A stretch of DNA of 64,000 nt from an uncultured cyanobacterium (lineage in GTDB: Bacteria; Cyanobacteriota; Cyanobacteriia; Cyanobacteriales; CAWUOF01): the NCBI GenBank assembly GCA_963744145.1, contig CAVUSO010000001.1, positions 5,280,001-5,344,000 of the forward strand. Direction: 5' to 3'. Position 1 is the stretch's first letter; each line of letters begins with the position of its first letter. Below are positions 32,472-42,031 of the stretch, one piece after another. Both the position numbers and the translations under genes were made by a program. The notes below the pieces were generated by a model. It ran no database searches. It was not told where the DNA came from and was given only the letters and a program-made list of their open reading frames with translations.

Positions 32472-33635
32472 ATGATGAGTGATTCTCAAGTCCCAAGTAG
32501 CCAATTTTATGACGCCTTTATTTCTTATGGTCGGGCTGATAGTAAGGCTTTTGCTGCCAAACTGAAAGAACGACTACAGAGTCAAAATCTTGAAGTTTGG
32601 TTGGATCTTGAGGAAATTCCCTTCGGGGTTGATTTTCAAAATCAAATAAATGATGGGATCACCAAAGCTGATAACTTTCTGTTTCTAATTTCGCCCCATT
32701 CCGTCAATTCTGCCTATTGTCGCAAAGAAATTGACCTAGCCATCGAATTAAACAAACGAATATATCCCATCTGGCACGTTGCGGAAATTGATCAGGAAAC
32801 GTGGCAAGAACGTAATCCTGGTAAATCTGAAGCTGAATGGCTGAGGTATAAGGAAACGGGACAACATTCTACTGTTCCCGGTAAAAATCCCAATATGCAC
32901 CCTAAAATCGGCGAAATTAATTGGCTCCCTGGTGAAAAAGATAAACAAAGAGATGGTGAAAAAAGGGATGATTTTGAGGAGAGATTGTTCACATTATTAG
33001 ATACCGAATTAATAAATATAATGCGTCGCCATCAAGACTATGTGCGACAACATACAGTTTTGTTGAATCAAGCTCTTTACTGGAAAGATCAGCAGAAACA
33101 AACTCGTTATTTATTAATTGGAGAAGAACGGCAAAAAGCCGAAAAATGGTTAAAAGAGAGAAAAGAGAGGTTTAAGGAAAAAAAACTAGCGCCCGGCGAA
33201 CCTACATTGCTGCATTGTGAGTTTATTTGCGAGAGTATCAAGAATGCGAATAACTTGATGACTCAGGTGTTTCTCTCCTATGCGGAAGTTGATATTTCTA
33301 CAATGCTTCAAGTTAGAGAGATCCTGTTACGAGAAAGTATTACAGTTTGGACAAATCAGACAGATATTCAAACTGGAGAAGTATTTGAGGAGGCAATAGA
33401 GCGGGGAATTGAACAAGCGGATAACATTGTCTATTTGATTTCGATCGATGCCCTGACATCTTATTACTGTCAGAAAGAACTTGATTATGCTCTCTTGTTG
33501 AATAAAAGGATTATTCCTTTGTTAATTAAGCCAACAGATTTAGAACAAATTCCATCAGTAATTAGAGGATTACATGAAGGGGGCAGAACAGAAAACTCAA
33601 CATCAGCCAACAACCTTACAGAAAGAGTTTATTAA
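32472..33635 (+). CDS. Tandem TIR-TIR protein (N-terminal part of a split TIR/WD40 gene)
   Basis: DAFISYGRADS...SPHSVNSAYCRKEIDLA and QVFLSYAEVD...SYYCQKELDYA; both keep the putative catalytic Glu. The frame becomes aberrant after IRGLH. Confidence 0.85.
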   Translation: MMSDSQVPSSQFYDAFISYGRADSKAFAAKLKERLQSQNLEVWLDLEEIPFGVDFQNQINDGITKADNFLFLISPHSVNSAYCRKEIDLAIELNKRIYPIWHVAEIDQETWQERNPGKSEAEWLRYKETGQHSTVPGKNPNMHPKIGEINWLPGEKDKQRDGEKRDDFEERLFTLLDTELINIMRRHQDYVRQHTVLLNQALYWKDQQKQTRYLLIGEERQKAEKWLKERKERFKEKKLAPGEPTLLHCEFICESIKNANNLMTQVFLSYAEVDISTMLQVREILLRESITVWTNQTDIQTGEVFEEAIERGIEQADNIVYLISIDALTSYYCQKELDYALLLNKRIIPLLIKPTDLEQIPSVIRGLHEGGRTENSTSANNLTERVY

Positions 33636-35175
33636 TGAAAGTTTGCGCCAACCGCCAGCCGCATCACTGGATGTATTTATCTCTTATTCCAGGTCTGATT
33701 CTGATTTAGCCCGTCCATTAAATGATGAGTTGCAATTAAGGGGAAAGACAACTTGGTTTGACCAAGAAAGTATTGCGTCAGGTGCAGATTTTCAGAAAGA
33801 GATTTATGCGGGAATTGAGAGTGCTGATAATTTTCTATTTATTTTGTCCCCGCGTTCTATTAATTCGACCTACTGTGCGGATGAAGTTGAATATGCAGCT
33901 AAACTTAATAAACGGTTTATTACCATATTGCATCAAGATGTGAATACTACTGAATTACATCCAGAGTTAGCTAAGATGCAGTGGATTGATTTTAGGCAAA
34001 AAGAAGGAGAATTTTATGCTAATGTTAATCAATTACTAAGGACTTTAGACACAGACCGAGAATATATTCAAAGTCATACTAAATGGCTGCGTCGGGCGAT
34101 CGAATGGGAAAACCAAGGTAAGAATAATGATTTGCTGCTCAGAGGTAGTGAGTTTGCGATCGCGGATAACTGGTTTCAAGAAGCAACTCAAAGTAAAAAG
34201 CAACCTCCTGTCACGGAATTGCAAGCTAAGTTTATTGATTCTAGTCGTAATGCGATCAAGACTACTACTAAAAGGGAAAAACGACGGCTGCTTCAAATAC
34301 GATTGGGACTGGGAGGGATAGCAGTGGCGATCATGGCAATTGGAGCTACTACCTACGCTTTGAAAGAGAGGAGACAAGCCAAACTTGATCAAATTAAAGC
34401 TCAGGAACAAAATGCTTTATCGCTATTAAATCCACAGGAAGAAAAGTTAGATGCTTTAATTGCGGCAATTAACACTGGTAAGACGGTGCAAAAAGAAAAT
34501 ATCCTTTCCCCCATAACCATAGACACATTGGAAAAATCTTTTTTTGGAGTCAGGGAATATAACCGCTTGGTAAAGCATCAGAAGCGGGTCAATAGCGTCA
34601 GTTTCAGCCCCGATGAGCAAACCTTAGCCTCTGGTAGTTTTGACAGTACGATCAAACTATGGGATGTAAAGACAGGGCAGGAACTTCGCACTCTCTATGG
34701 TCATAGTAATGAGGTCTGGAGCGTCAGTTTCAGCCCCGATGGGCACACCTTAGCCTCCGGTAGTTTGGACAAGACCATCAAGCTATGGGATGTAAAGACA
34801 GGGCAGAAAGTTTACACTCTCTCTGGCCATCAATGGGGGGTCGAGAGTGTCAGTTTTAGCCCCGATGGGAAAACCTTGGCATCCGCTAGTAGTGACAGGA
34901 CGATCAAACTATGGGATGTAAAAACAGGACAGGAACTTCGCACTTTCTCTGGCCATAGTGAGTCGGTCAATAGCGTCAGTTTCAGCCCTAATGGGCAAAT
35001 CTTGGCGACAGGTAGTTTGGATAATACCATCAAACTATGGAACTTAGAGTTTGATTTAAACTATCTCTTAGAAAGGGGCTGCCATTTGGTACACACTTAT
35101 TTAAACAATCCTAATTCTGGTTTAGATGAGAGTGACAGACATATTTGCGACGATATCGATACTGGGAAAAATTAA
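33574..35175 (+). CDS. TIR domain + TM helix + four WD40 repeats (C-terminal part of the split gene)
   Basis: DVFISYSRSDS...SPRSINSTYCADEVEYA, LLRGSE..IADNW helical linker, TM LGLGGIAVAIMAIGA, 4x GH..V.SVSFSPDG..LAS.S.D.TIKLWD. Confidence 0.88.
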   Translation: MKGAEQKTQHQPTTLQKEFINESLRQPPAASLDVFISYSRSDSDLARPLNDELQLRGKTTWFDQESIASGADFQKEIYAGIESADNFLFILSPRSINSTYCADEVEYAAKLNKRFITILHQDVNTTELHPELAKMQWIDFRQKEGEFYANVNQLLRTLDTDREYIQSHTKWLRRAIEWENQGKNNDLLLRGSEFAIADNWFQEATQSKKQPPVTELQAKFIDSSRNAIKTTTKREKRRLLQIRLGLGGIAVAIMAIGATTYALKERRQAKLDQIKAQEQNALSLLNPQEEKLDALIAAINTGKTVQKENILSPITIDTLEKSFFGVREYNRLVKHQKRVNSVSFSPDEQTLASGSFDSTIKLWDVKTGQELRTLYGHSNEVWSVSFSPDGHTLASGSLDKTIKLWDVKTGQKVYTLSGHQWGVESVSFSPDGKTLASASSDRTIKLWDVKTGQELRTFSGHSESVNSVSFSPNGQILATGSLDNTIKLWNLEFDLNYLLERGCHLVHTYLNNPNSGLDESDRHICDDIDTGKN

Positions 35176-35246
35176 TCTAAATTACTTGAAAAGATACCTT
35201 ATTTGTTAACAGTAATTCTGAGTTAAGGTAATTAATCTGGAGCAGA

Positions 35247-35461
35247 GCGATCGCATTCCCCACCATCTACTCTGAACCTGGATCAAAGCGATCGCATTTC
35301 CCCAATCATCCACCCTTAATCTTGATCAAAGCGATCGCAATTTTCCCAACCAGTACAAGCAGTCTTAATTCCGATAATGATCGCATTCTCAATATAACCT
35401 TTAGCAGCGATCGCCATCCTTAACAAAACCAAGACAGGGGATATTTTGGAATAGCGATCGA
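35247..35461. repeat. Periodic HIP1-anchored degenerate repeat array
   Basis: HIP1 or near-HIP1 at 35247, 35288, 35331, 35377, 35407 and 35454; shared context gatcaaaGCGATCGCattt(c)ccca. Confidence 0.7.
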
Positions 35462-35576
35462 TCATGTCCCAGCATTATTCTCTCAGCTCTAGCGGTGAAC
35501 TAAACAATTGAGGTTTATTAGACTCTTTCCAAGATTTTTGGTTAAGATTAAACGGAATAAGGAGAAGATCATCAAG

Positions 35577-36368
35577 CTATTCGATTTTAATTTGTTGAAA
35601 ATAATCGGGCAAATTATCATTAATCAATTTATCAATCTGATTCGCTTTAGGTTGATAAAGAAAAGGACGACGGGGATAAATGCGATCGTTCACCCAAGAA
35701 ACTGACCAATCTTGAGTAGTTTGGATACATTGTTTAGCAAAACCAGTTAAATTATATTTCTCTTCTTGTTCTAAACAGCCCGATAAAAAAATATCAACAT
35801 AGGATTGAACAATGGGATACTTAGCATTAGGAATAGCTAAATTTTCAGGTCGATTGACATAAATCCATACTTGTCCATCAGGTGCAGTTGTGTTCACCAA
35901 TAATTTAAGCTCTTTAGAGCTAACCGGCAAACGGCAATAAATTGTTTCTCGGCGATCGGTAGCTAACAATTCTCCCTGATCTTTAATTTGATAAAGCACA
36001 GCATTAAACTGACTTTTAGGGTCAGGAATAATTCCCAGAAAAGTTGCACCCAAACTAACAAAATTTTTCCCTTGAGCATACCAGCCCCGTCGATAACCAG
36101 TTACCATCACAGGGTAAGCTACTCCACTATTAGGAGAAGTCCTTAACCGCGATTGCTCTTGCATCAAGCTACCATAACCAATAATATATTGTTTTTGACC
36201 ATTAATAGGAGGATCATTACAGTTACTCGGTAGAGTGAAACTGGGTATACCTGAATTTGGATTTGGATCTGCCCAGACAGCTAAAGGAGTAAAACTGAAA
36301 GTCAATGGTAAAGCTAAATTTCCTAATAGCTTTTGGGTTGAGTTAGACACTTTTACTTTGTCCTGCAA
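35577..36368 (-). CDS. Gamma-glutamylcyclotransferase-like exported protein
   Basis: YIIGYGSLM GGCT motif, TDRRE; signal-like N-terminus. Confidence 0.75.
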   Translation of the reverse strand: MQDKVKVSNSTQKLLGNLALPLTFSFTPLAVWADPNPNSGIPSFTLPSNCNDPPINGQKQYIIGYGSLMQEQSRLRTSPNSGVAYPVMVTGYRRGWYAQGKNFVSLGATFLGIIPDPKSQFNAVLYQIKDQGELLATDRRETIYCRLPVSSKELKLLVNTTAPDGQVWIYVNRPENLAIPNAKYPIVQSYVDIFLSGCLEQEEKYNLTGFAKQCIQTTQDWSVSWVNDRIYPRRPFLYQPKANQIDKLINDNLPDYFQQIKIE

Positions 36369-36631
36369 CTAAAATGGCATTATTCAGGTTAGAGCAAATC
36401 GAGTCGCTTTGATCTTCCTGGATAAAACAATTGCTCAAAATTTTGGCACTGATCAAAAAACCAACGGTCAGAAGGTGGGCTAATATTGCTCAGATGTCCG
36501 ATCAGGTTGTCGGTTTGGTTGGATCAAAATGATGATTTGCTCAAGTGGGTTGATCCTAACTACTGTCCAAATCGAAAAAATCAAGTTAAAGTAAAATCAA
36601 TGTACAGTTAAGCAAATTAGAAAGACTGGTT

Positions 36632-37156
36632 ATGCCTTTGGATAGTCTCTTTTCCACTCAGGGGATTATGGTGATCCTTTTGGTAGCTTATGCAGGTGCC
36701 ATGTGGATGTTCCTCACCAGCGCTCCCAAAGTACATACGGTGATGGTGTCGGATCTAGAGATTGCTAGACAGTTCTACGAAGGATTATTAAATCTACCCG
36801 TAGCTGAAGTTCCGCTTCACTATTACTATAACTATGAGCAAACCTTGGGTGCAACGGGGATTGACCCGCTTTATATGTCTACGAGCCCTGGGATAGCTGC
36901 AAAAGCTGTGAATAATGCTGATGGTCTTTGGTATCAAATTAAAAAAAATACCCAATTGCATATAATTTCTGGGGCAAGTTTGGGCACAAAAAACCGTCAG
37001 CGTCATGTCTGTTTCGATCGCGACTGTCTGGAACAAGTGTTAATGCGTATAGAAACCCGGGGAATTAAACATAAAATTCGCCGCGAAAAACCCATGAATT
37101 TTTTGGTAAAAGATGTAGAAGGTCGCGTAATTGAAATGTCGGAAGTATCCAATTGA
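36632..37156 (+). CDS. Glyoxalase/VOC-like domain protein
   Basis: VHTVMVSDLEIARQFYEGLL, QLHII, HVCFD, VKDVEGRVIE. Confidence 0.85.
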   Translation: MPLDSLFSTQGIMVILLVAYAGAMWMFLTSAPKVHTVMVSDLEIARQFYEGLLNLPVAEVPLHYYYNYEQTLGATGIDPLYMSTSPGIAAKAVNNADGLWYQIKKNTQLHIISGASLGTKNRQRHVCFDRDCLEQVLMRIETRGIKHKIRREKPMNFLVKDVEGRVIEMSEVSN

Positions 37157-37177
37157 ATAAACAAACCAAAGCCAATT

Positions 37178-37216
37178 AACAACGAACAGTGAAACATCTG
37201 TTCGCTGTTTTTTTTT
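37178..37216 (+). terminator. Intrinsic terminator
   Basis: Hairpin aacaacgaacag...ctgttcgctgtt followed by poly-T, between convergent genes. Confidence 0.65.
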
Positions 37217-37217
37217 A

Positions 37218-38195
37218 TTACTGTTGCGATCGGCGAATTCGGTCTATTTCTCTTTGCAAGTCTTCCATTTGACGACGTAATGATTCCACTTCATTATTGC
37301 TCGTTGTTTCTGTTGTTTGGGCATTGACATTCACCGAGCCAGCGGCGGTAGTACGTTGATAATCACCAGCAATAATTTGACCATATTCTGATGAACTTGC
37401 CCATTGACGCAAATAATAAAGTCTTTCTACTGTAAAAGGATGGGTAAGAAAAGAGCCTTGACCACCATTATAAAGCAAAAATTTATATACTTGGTTGAGG
37501 GCATCTTGATCTAATTCTTGATAACTTTCTGATTGGCGAATAAATTCATCTAAACTACACTCATGGGAATATTTAGCACTGCCCCCTGCTAGTTTCATCA
37601 TTGAATTCATCACCGAATGTAGATCATCTATCACTAATAAAGCGGCGCGATCGGCAGATAATTCAGCTTTCCGACGCCATTCATAAAAAGCTAAAAGTAG
37701 CCCAGTTGAAAGTAAACGACCAATTCCTAAAGTCATACCACCTAATAAACTGGCTGCTCCCATTGTCCAAATCGCCATCTGGATTAAAACTGTATGACCA
37801 CACTTAAGATGTCCTAATTCATGGGCAATTACTGTCCGAATTTCGATTTCATTCAATAAATCTAAAAGTCCCGAGTCTAAAATTATATAAGGTCTTTCTT
37901 GTCCTAAAGAAAAAGCATTTGCTAAAGGATTTTGGGAAATAAATAAAGCTGGTTCTGGATAAACATCTAAATCCCGAATACACTCTCGAAAGATTTGGTA
38001 AATAGTAGAATATTGGCGTGGTCCAACTTGAATACTATTGCCCAAATGATAAATAAATTGGGGACGCTCATAGACAAATTCAACAAACTTACTCGCGACC
38101 AAATCAAATCCAGGGACACTCCGTAAAGCTTGTTCAGCTTCTCGATCGAGAGGATGTCGGAAAGCTTCGCTAGAAATTCCGGTATATGTAGCCAT
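37218..38195 (-). CDS. M48 family zinc metallopeptidase
   Basis: HELGH motif, RKAELSADRA, THPFTVER. Confidence 0.92.
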   Translation of the reverse strand: MATYTGISSEAFRHPLDREAEQALRSVPGFDLVASKFVEFVYERPQFIYHLGNSIQVGPRQYSTIYQIFRECIRDLDVYPEPALFISQNPLANAFSLGQERPYIILDSGLLDLLNEIEIRTVIAHELGHLKCGHTVLIQMAIWTMGAASLLGGMTLGIGRLLSTGLLLAFYEWRRKAELSADRAALLVIDDLHSVMNSMMKLAGGSAKYSHECSLDEFIRQSESYQELDQDALNQVYKFLLYNGGQGSFLTHPFTVERLYYLRQWASSSEYGQIIAGDYQRTTAAGSVNVNAQTTETTSNNEVESLRRQMEDLQREIDRIRRSQQ

Positions 38196-38272
38196 AGTCA
38201 GAGTTTTTTAACAGATCAGGGATGAATATTAACATTTTGCAATAAAATTCAAAAAATAGGAGCATTAAATTC

Positions 38273-39106
38273 ATGCACCGGATCTTCACAGGAGCTTTGC
38301 GGGTTGAAAAATTCACTATCGCGATCGCAGACTTACCTAGTCAACTCGTAGGAACCACTCTGGTCCAGTTATCTGATTTTCACTATGATAAAGGAAAACT
38401 TTCTGATCAACTTCTAGCTGAAGCCATCTATGCTAGCAACCAAGCACAACCAGATCTAGTCTTATTAACTGGTGACTACATTACCACAGATCCTACACCC
38501 ATTGATAAATTAGCATCCCATCTCAAACAATTGCAACATCGAGCTGGTATTTATGCTATCCTAGGTAATCACGATCTAGAGTGGTTGGGAGCTAGAGCCA
38601 AAGTTACCAACGCACTATTGACCAATGGAATTAAGATTTTATGGAACCAGGTAGTTTATCCACTAGGAAAAGATTTAGCTTTAGTTGGACTCGCTGACAT
38701 TTGTTCTGGTGACTTCAACCCGATTAGTAGCTTTGCTCCTATTCCCTTTGGGACTCCACGCATTGTTTTATCCCATAATCCTGATAGCGCCCATTATTTG
38801 CAAAAATGGCGGATCGATTTACAACTATCTGGTCATACTCACGGAGGTCAGATTGTGCTACCTGGGTTAGGTCCAGTACCAGCCAAAATGAGAGTTTTAG
38901 TAAATAAGATCCCTAAATCAATCAAATGCTGGATGCCCTGTATGTCAAAAAAAAAGATTAAAGTAGTACACCATTGGGAATGGTCAGAAGGATTACATCA
39001 GGTAGGGACAAATTATCTATATGTTAACCGAGGTTTGGGGACCTATCTCCCGGGACGTTTATTTTGTCCTCCAGAAGTCACTGTAATTACCTTGGCAAAA
39101 AAATAG
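38273..39106 (+). CDS. Metallophosphoesterase (YkuE-like)
   Basis: SDFH, TGDY, GNHD, SHNPD, SGHTHGGQ. Confidence 0.92.
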   Translation: MHRIFTGALRVEKFTIAIADLPSQLVGTTLVQLSDFHYDKGKLSDQLLAEAIYASNQAQPDLVLLTGDYITTDPTPIDKLASHLKQLQHRAGIYAILGNHDLEWLGARAKVTNALLTNGIKILWNQVVYPLGKDLALVGLADICSGDFNPISSFAPIPFGTPRIVLSHNPDSAHYLQKWRIDLQLSGHTHGGQIVLPGLGPVPAKMRVLVNKIPKSIKCWMPCMSKKKIKVVHHWEWSEGLHQVGTNYLYVNRGLGTYLPGRLFCPPEVTVITLAKK

Positions 39107-39143
39107 CGGTGGATAAAACCTAAAACTGATATTGGGATCTAAA

Positions 39144-40130
39144 ATGAATCAGGTAGATTACCTTCGCATCAGCTTAATTGATCGGTGCAATTTTCAATGT
39201 CAATACTGTATGCCAGAAGGGGCAGAACTTGACTATATATTGCAGCAGAATTTACTCACTCGCGATGAATTGCTGACTTTATTGCGCGAGGTTTTTATTC
39301 CTGTTGGTTTTACTCGATTTCGGCTCACTGGTGGTGAACCATTGATCCGTAAAGATGTAGTAGAGATTGTCCGAGCGATCGCATCTCTTCCTCAAACCCA
39401 AGATTTATCGATGACCACCAATGGATTTTTATTAGCTCCCCTAGCTCAACATCTCTACGATGCGGGTTTACGCCGAATTAATATTAGTTTAGATTCTCTA
39501 AATCCAGATATATTTAACCAAATTATCGGTCATCATGGTCGGAGTCGATGGGAACAAGTGTGGGCAGGGATTTTAGCTGCCCATCAGATCGGATTTAATC
39601 CTTTAAAACTGAATGTAGTAATTATTCCCGAAGTTAACAATCAAGAAGTTTTAGATTTAGCTGCTTTAAGCATTGAGCGACAATGGCACATTCGATTTAT
39701 TGAATTTATGCCGATCGGTAATGCCGGATTATTTCAAGATCGGGGTTGGATACCATCAGCAGAATTAAGACAACAAATTCGCGATCGATTTGGGTTAGAA
39801 ACAGCTCAAGTTCAGGGTAATGGTCCGGCTGACGTTTTTCAAATTCCTGGTGCTAAAGGCACCTTGGGATTTATTAGTCAAATGTCTGAATGCTTTTGCG
39901 ATCGCTGTAACCGGATGCGTCTTTCTGCTGATGGTTGGTTACGTCCTTGTCTGTTAAATGAAACCGGTCAAATTGATTTAAAAACCGAACTTCGACAAGG
40001 TACTAGCACAACTCGATTACAGGAAAAAGTCCAACATTTACTATTAATCAAACCCGAAATTAATTACCAAGAGAGAGATTCTGGGACTTCGGGAAATTAT
40101 CAACGGACGATGTCGCAAATTGGCGGTTAA
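39144..40130 (+). CDS. moaA: GTP 3',8-cyclase MoaA
   Basis: [17 protein letters not shown] radical SAM motif, [10 protein letters not shown]-terminal MSQIGG. Confidence 0.96.
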   Translation: MNQVDYLRISLIDRCNFQCQYCMPEGAELDYILQQNLLTRDELLTLLREVFIPVGFTRFRLTGGEPLIRKDVVEIVRAIASLPQTQDLSMTTNGFLLAPLAQHLYDAGLRRINISLDSLNPDIFNQIIGHHGRSRWEQVWAGILAAHQIGFNPLKLNVVIIPEVNNQEVLDLAALSIERQWHIRFIEFMPIGNAGLFQDRGWIPSAELRQQIRDRFGLETAQVQGNGPADVFQIPGAKGTLGFISQMSECFCDRCNRMRLSADGWLRPCLLNETGQIDLKTELRQGTSTTRLQEKVQHLLLIKPEINYQERDSGTSGNYQRTMSQIGG

Positions 40131-40210
40131 AGAAAAATATTTTATGGTTCATTTTCATGGGTAATTACTATTAGTTTTTCGCCAGGAACCTGAACCATAA
40201 GCAAGCTGTC

Positions 40211-40819
40211 TTAAGCAATCCGAGAGTAGTATTCAACCACTAGCAGCTCGTTAACTTGAAGAGCGACCCATTCCCGCTCAACTATCCCATTCACCTTACC
40301 AACCAGCTTTTCTTTATCAAATTCCAAGTGACTGGGGGTATGTTGCAAACCAGGGAATTGCAAATTAGCTTCCACCAGTTTCTTGGAACTTTCCCGTTTC
40401 TGAACAGCGATCACATCTCCAGGTCGGCACTGATAACTAGCAATATTAACAGAGCGATCGTTAACGGTGATATGTCCATGATTCACTAATTGACGAGCCC
40501 CAGGAATAGTGGGAGCCATACCCAAGCGAAAAACCGTGTTATCTAGTCGCATTTCCAGCATTTGTAACAGCACTTGTCCCGTAGAACCGGTGACACGACG
40601 TGCCCGACGGACATAGCGCAATAATTGCCGTTCTGTGAGACCATAGTTAAAACGCAGTTTTTGCTTTTCTTCCAAACGAATCGCATACTCAGAGCGTTTT
40701 TTGCGAGCTTGACCATGCTGACCTGGTGGGTAAGCACGTCTAGGGGTTTTACGGGTTAAACCTGGTAAATCACCTAGACGACGGACAACGCGCAGACGTG
40801 GACCTCGATATCTTGACAT
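40211..40819 (-). CDS. rpsD: 30S ribosomal protein S4
   Basis: [10 protein letters not shown]..., [17 protein letters not shown]. Confidence 0.99.
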   Translation of the reverse strand: MSRYRGPRLRVVRRLGDLPGLTRKTPRRAYPPGQHGQARKKRSEYAIRLEEKQKLRFNYGLTERQLLRYVRRARRVTGSTGQVLLQMLEMRLDNTVFRLGMAPTIPGARQLVNHGHITVNDRSVNIASYQCRPGDVIAVQKRESSKKLVEANLQFPGLQHTPSHLEFDKEKLVGKVNGIVEREWVALQVNELLVVEYYSRIA

Positions 40820-40938
40820 TTGGTTTCCTCTTTATATCCTGAATGAAATATTACCCAGACCCTCTAGTATAAATCTTGAACATCCTAACTTCCAAGTGGT
40901 AAATCTGACCTTTAAGTCGCAAATTTCTAGGAGTTTCC

Positions 40939-41604
40939 ATGCCACGTCTTGATTTCAACCGTTTTTTACGATCGCAACAATTTGCTAAAAATGTTTTTTT
41001 AAAGTCTGCTCGATCGTCTCAATCCCCCAAAAACCGCTTTATGCCCCGCGCTACCAGTCCCTTGGTCATGCTGGGAATGTTAGCAATGGCGATCCCCAGC
41101 CCAGCGATCGCCTTTAACTGGTCCAATATTGAATCTAATGAATATCGTGTTTGTGCTGCTCGACTGTTAACTACGGGCATTGTGCCAGAAATAGCAGCGA
41201 TTAGTTGTGCTAGAGCACTTCATCCCAAAGACTTGGGTGGTTGTGTGCTTTCTATCCATCGAAAAACTGATATTACAGCCCAAGATGCTTTACTTACTTG
41301 TCGAGAAGTTCAACGTCCACTTGATTTAGCCACTTGTGTGGTAGATATTAGTAGGAAAACGCAAAGAGCAGACCCCCCAGTAGTTTTGGACACTTGTCGG
41401 CGCAGTTTGTTACCAATTCGCTTTTCTGAGTGTGTGGTCGGGTTGAGCCGGAAAATTGAACTTACTCCAAATCAAGCTATGGCTGCTTGTATTGATGGTA
41501 GCGATCGCCCTCACGATTTTTATCCACCTTTACCACCGAGCAATCAATCTGTCGTACCACCAGGACCTGATTTGGTCGTACCTCCGGGAACTGTTAGACC
41601 CTAG
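40939..41604 (+). CDS. Cysteine-rich exported cyanobacterial hypothetical protein
   Basis: Signal-like segment and repeated C..A..P..L..CV..I units. Confidence 0.6.
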   Translation: MPRLDFNRFLRSQQFAKNVFLKSARSSQSPKNRFMPRATSPLVMLGMLAMAIPSPAIAFNWSNIESNEYRVCAARLLTTGIVPEIAAISCARALHPKDLGGCVLSIHRKTDITAQDALLTCREVQRPLDLATCVVDISRKTQRADPPVVLDTCRRSLLPIRFSECVVGLSRKIELTPNQAMAACIDGSDRPHDFYPPLPPSNQSVVPPGPDLVVPPGTVRP

Positions 41605-41637
41605 GTCTAGTTGTGAATATCTAAGTCGAGAAAAAAT

Positions 41638-41961
41638 ATGGCAATAGCAACTTACATTCAAGACAGTGAATTGGATCAGCTTTTAACTAACCAAGAGCTA
41701 TTATTAGTGGTCGATTATACCGCTAGTTGGTGTGGTCCTTGTCGCGTGATTGGTCCTTTCATTGACCAATTAGCGGAAAAATATGAAGGTCGGGCTAATG
41801 TGGTGAAGATAGATTTGGATAAAAACAAAGTTAGTGCCAAAAAATACGGAATTAAAAGTATTCCTGCGGTTCTGATTTTTAAAAAAGGGGAGGTAGTGGA
41901 AACTTTGGTGGGTAAGGCTAATTATGAAACTTTTGCTCAAGCCCTAGAAAAGCACCTTTAA
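41638..41961 (+). CDS. Thioredoxin
   Basis: WCGPC active site, YGIKSIP. Confidence 0.95.
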   Translation: MAIATYIQDSELDQLLTNQELLLVVDYTASWCGPCRVIGPFIDQLAEKYEGRANVVKIDLDKNKVSAKKYGIKSIPAVLIFKKGEVVETLVGKANYETFAQALEKHL

Positions 41962-42031
41962 TTAGACTTATACCGATTTTTGATGAGGTTGCATAGAGGT
42001 TGACCTCTCCCCCAACCCCTCTCCTACAAGG

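Noticed and set aside
35247..35461. Possible CRISPR array
   Set aside because: The conserved part is only ~8-16 bp, the period is 30-47 bp and irregular, and no cas genes are present; better described as a HIP1 cluster.
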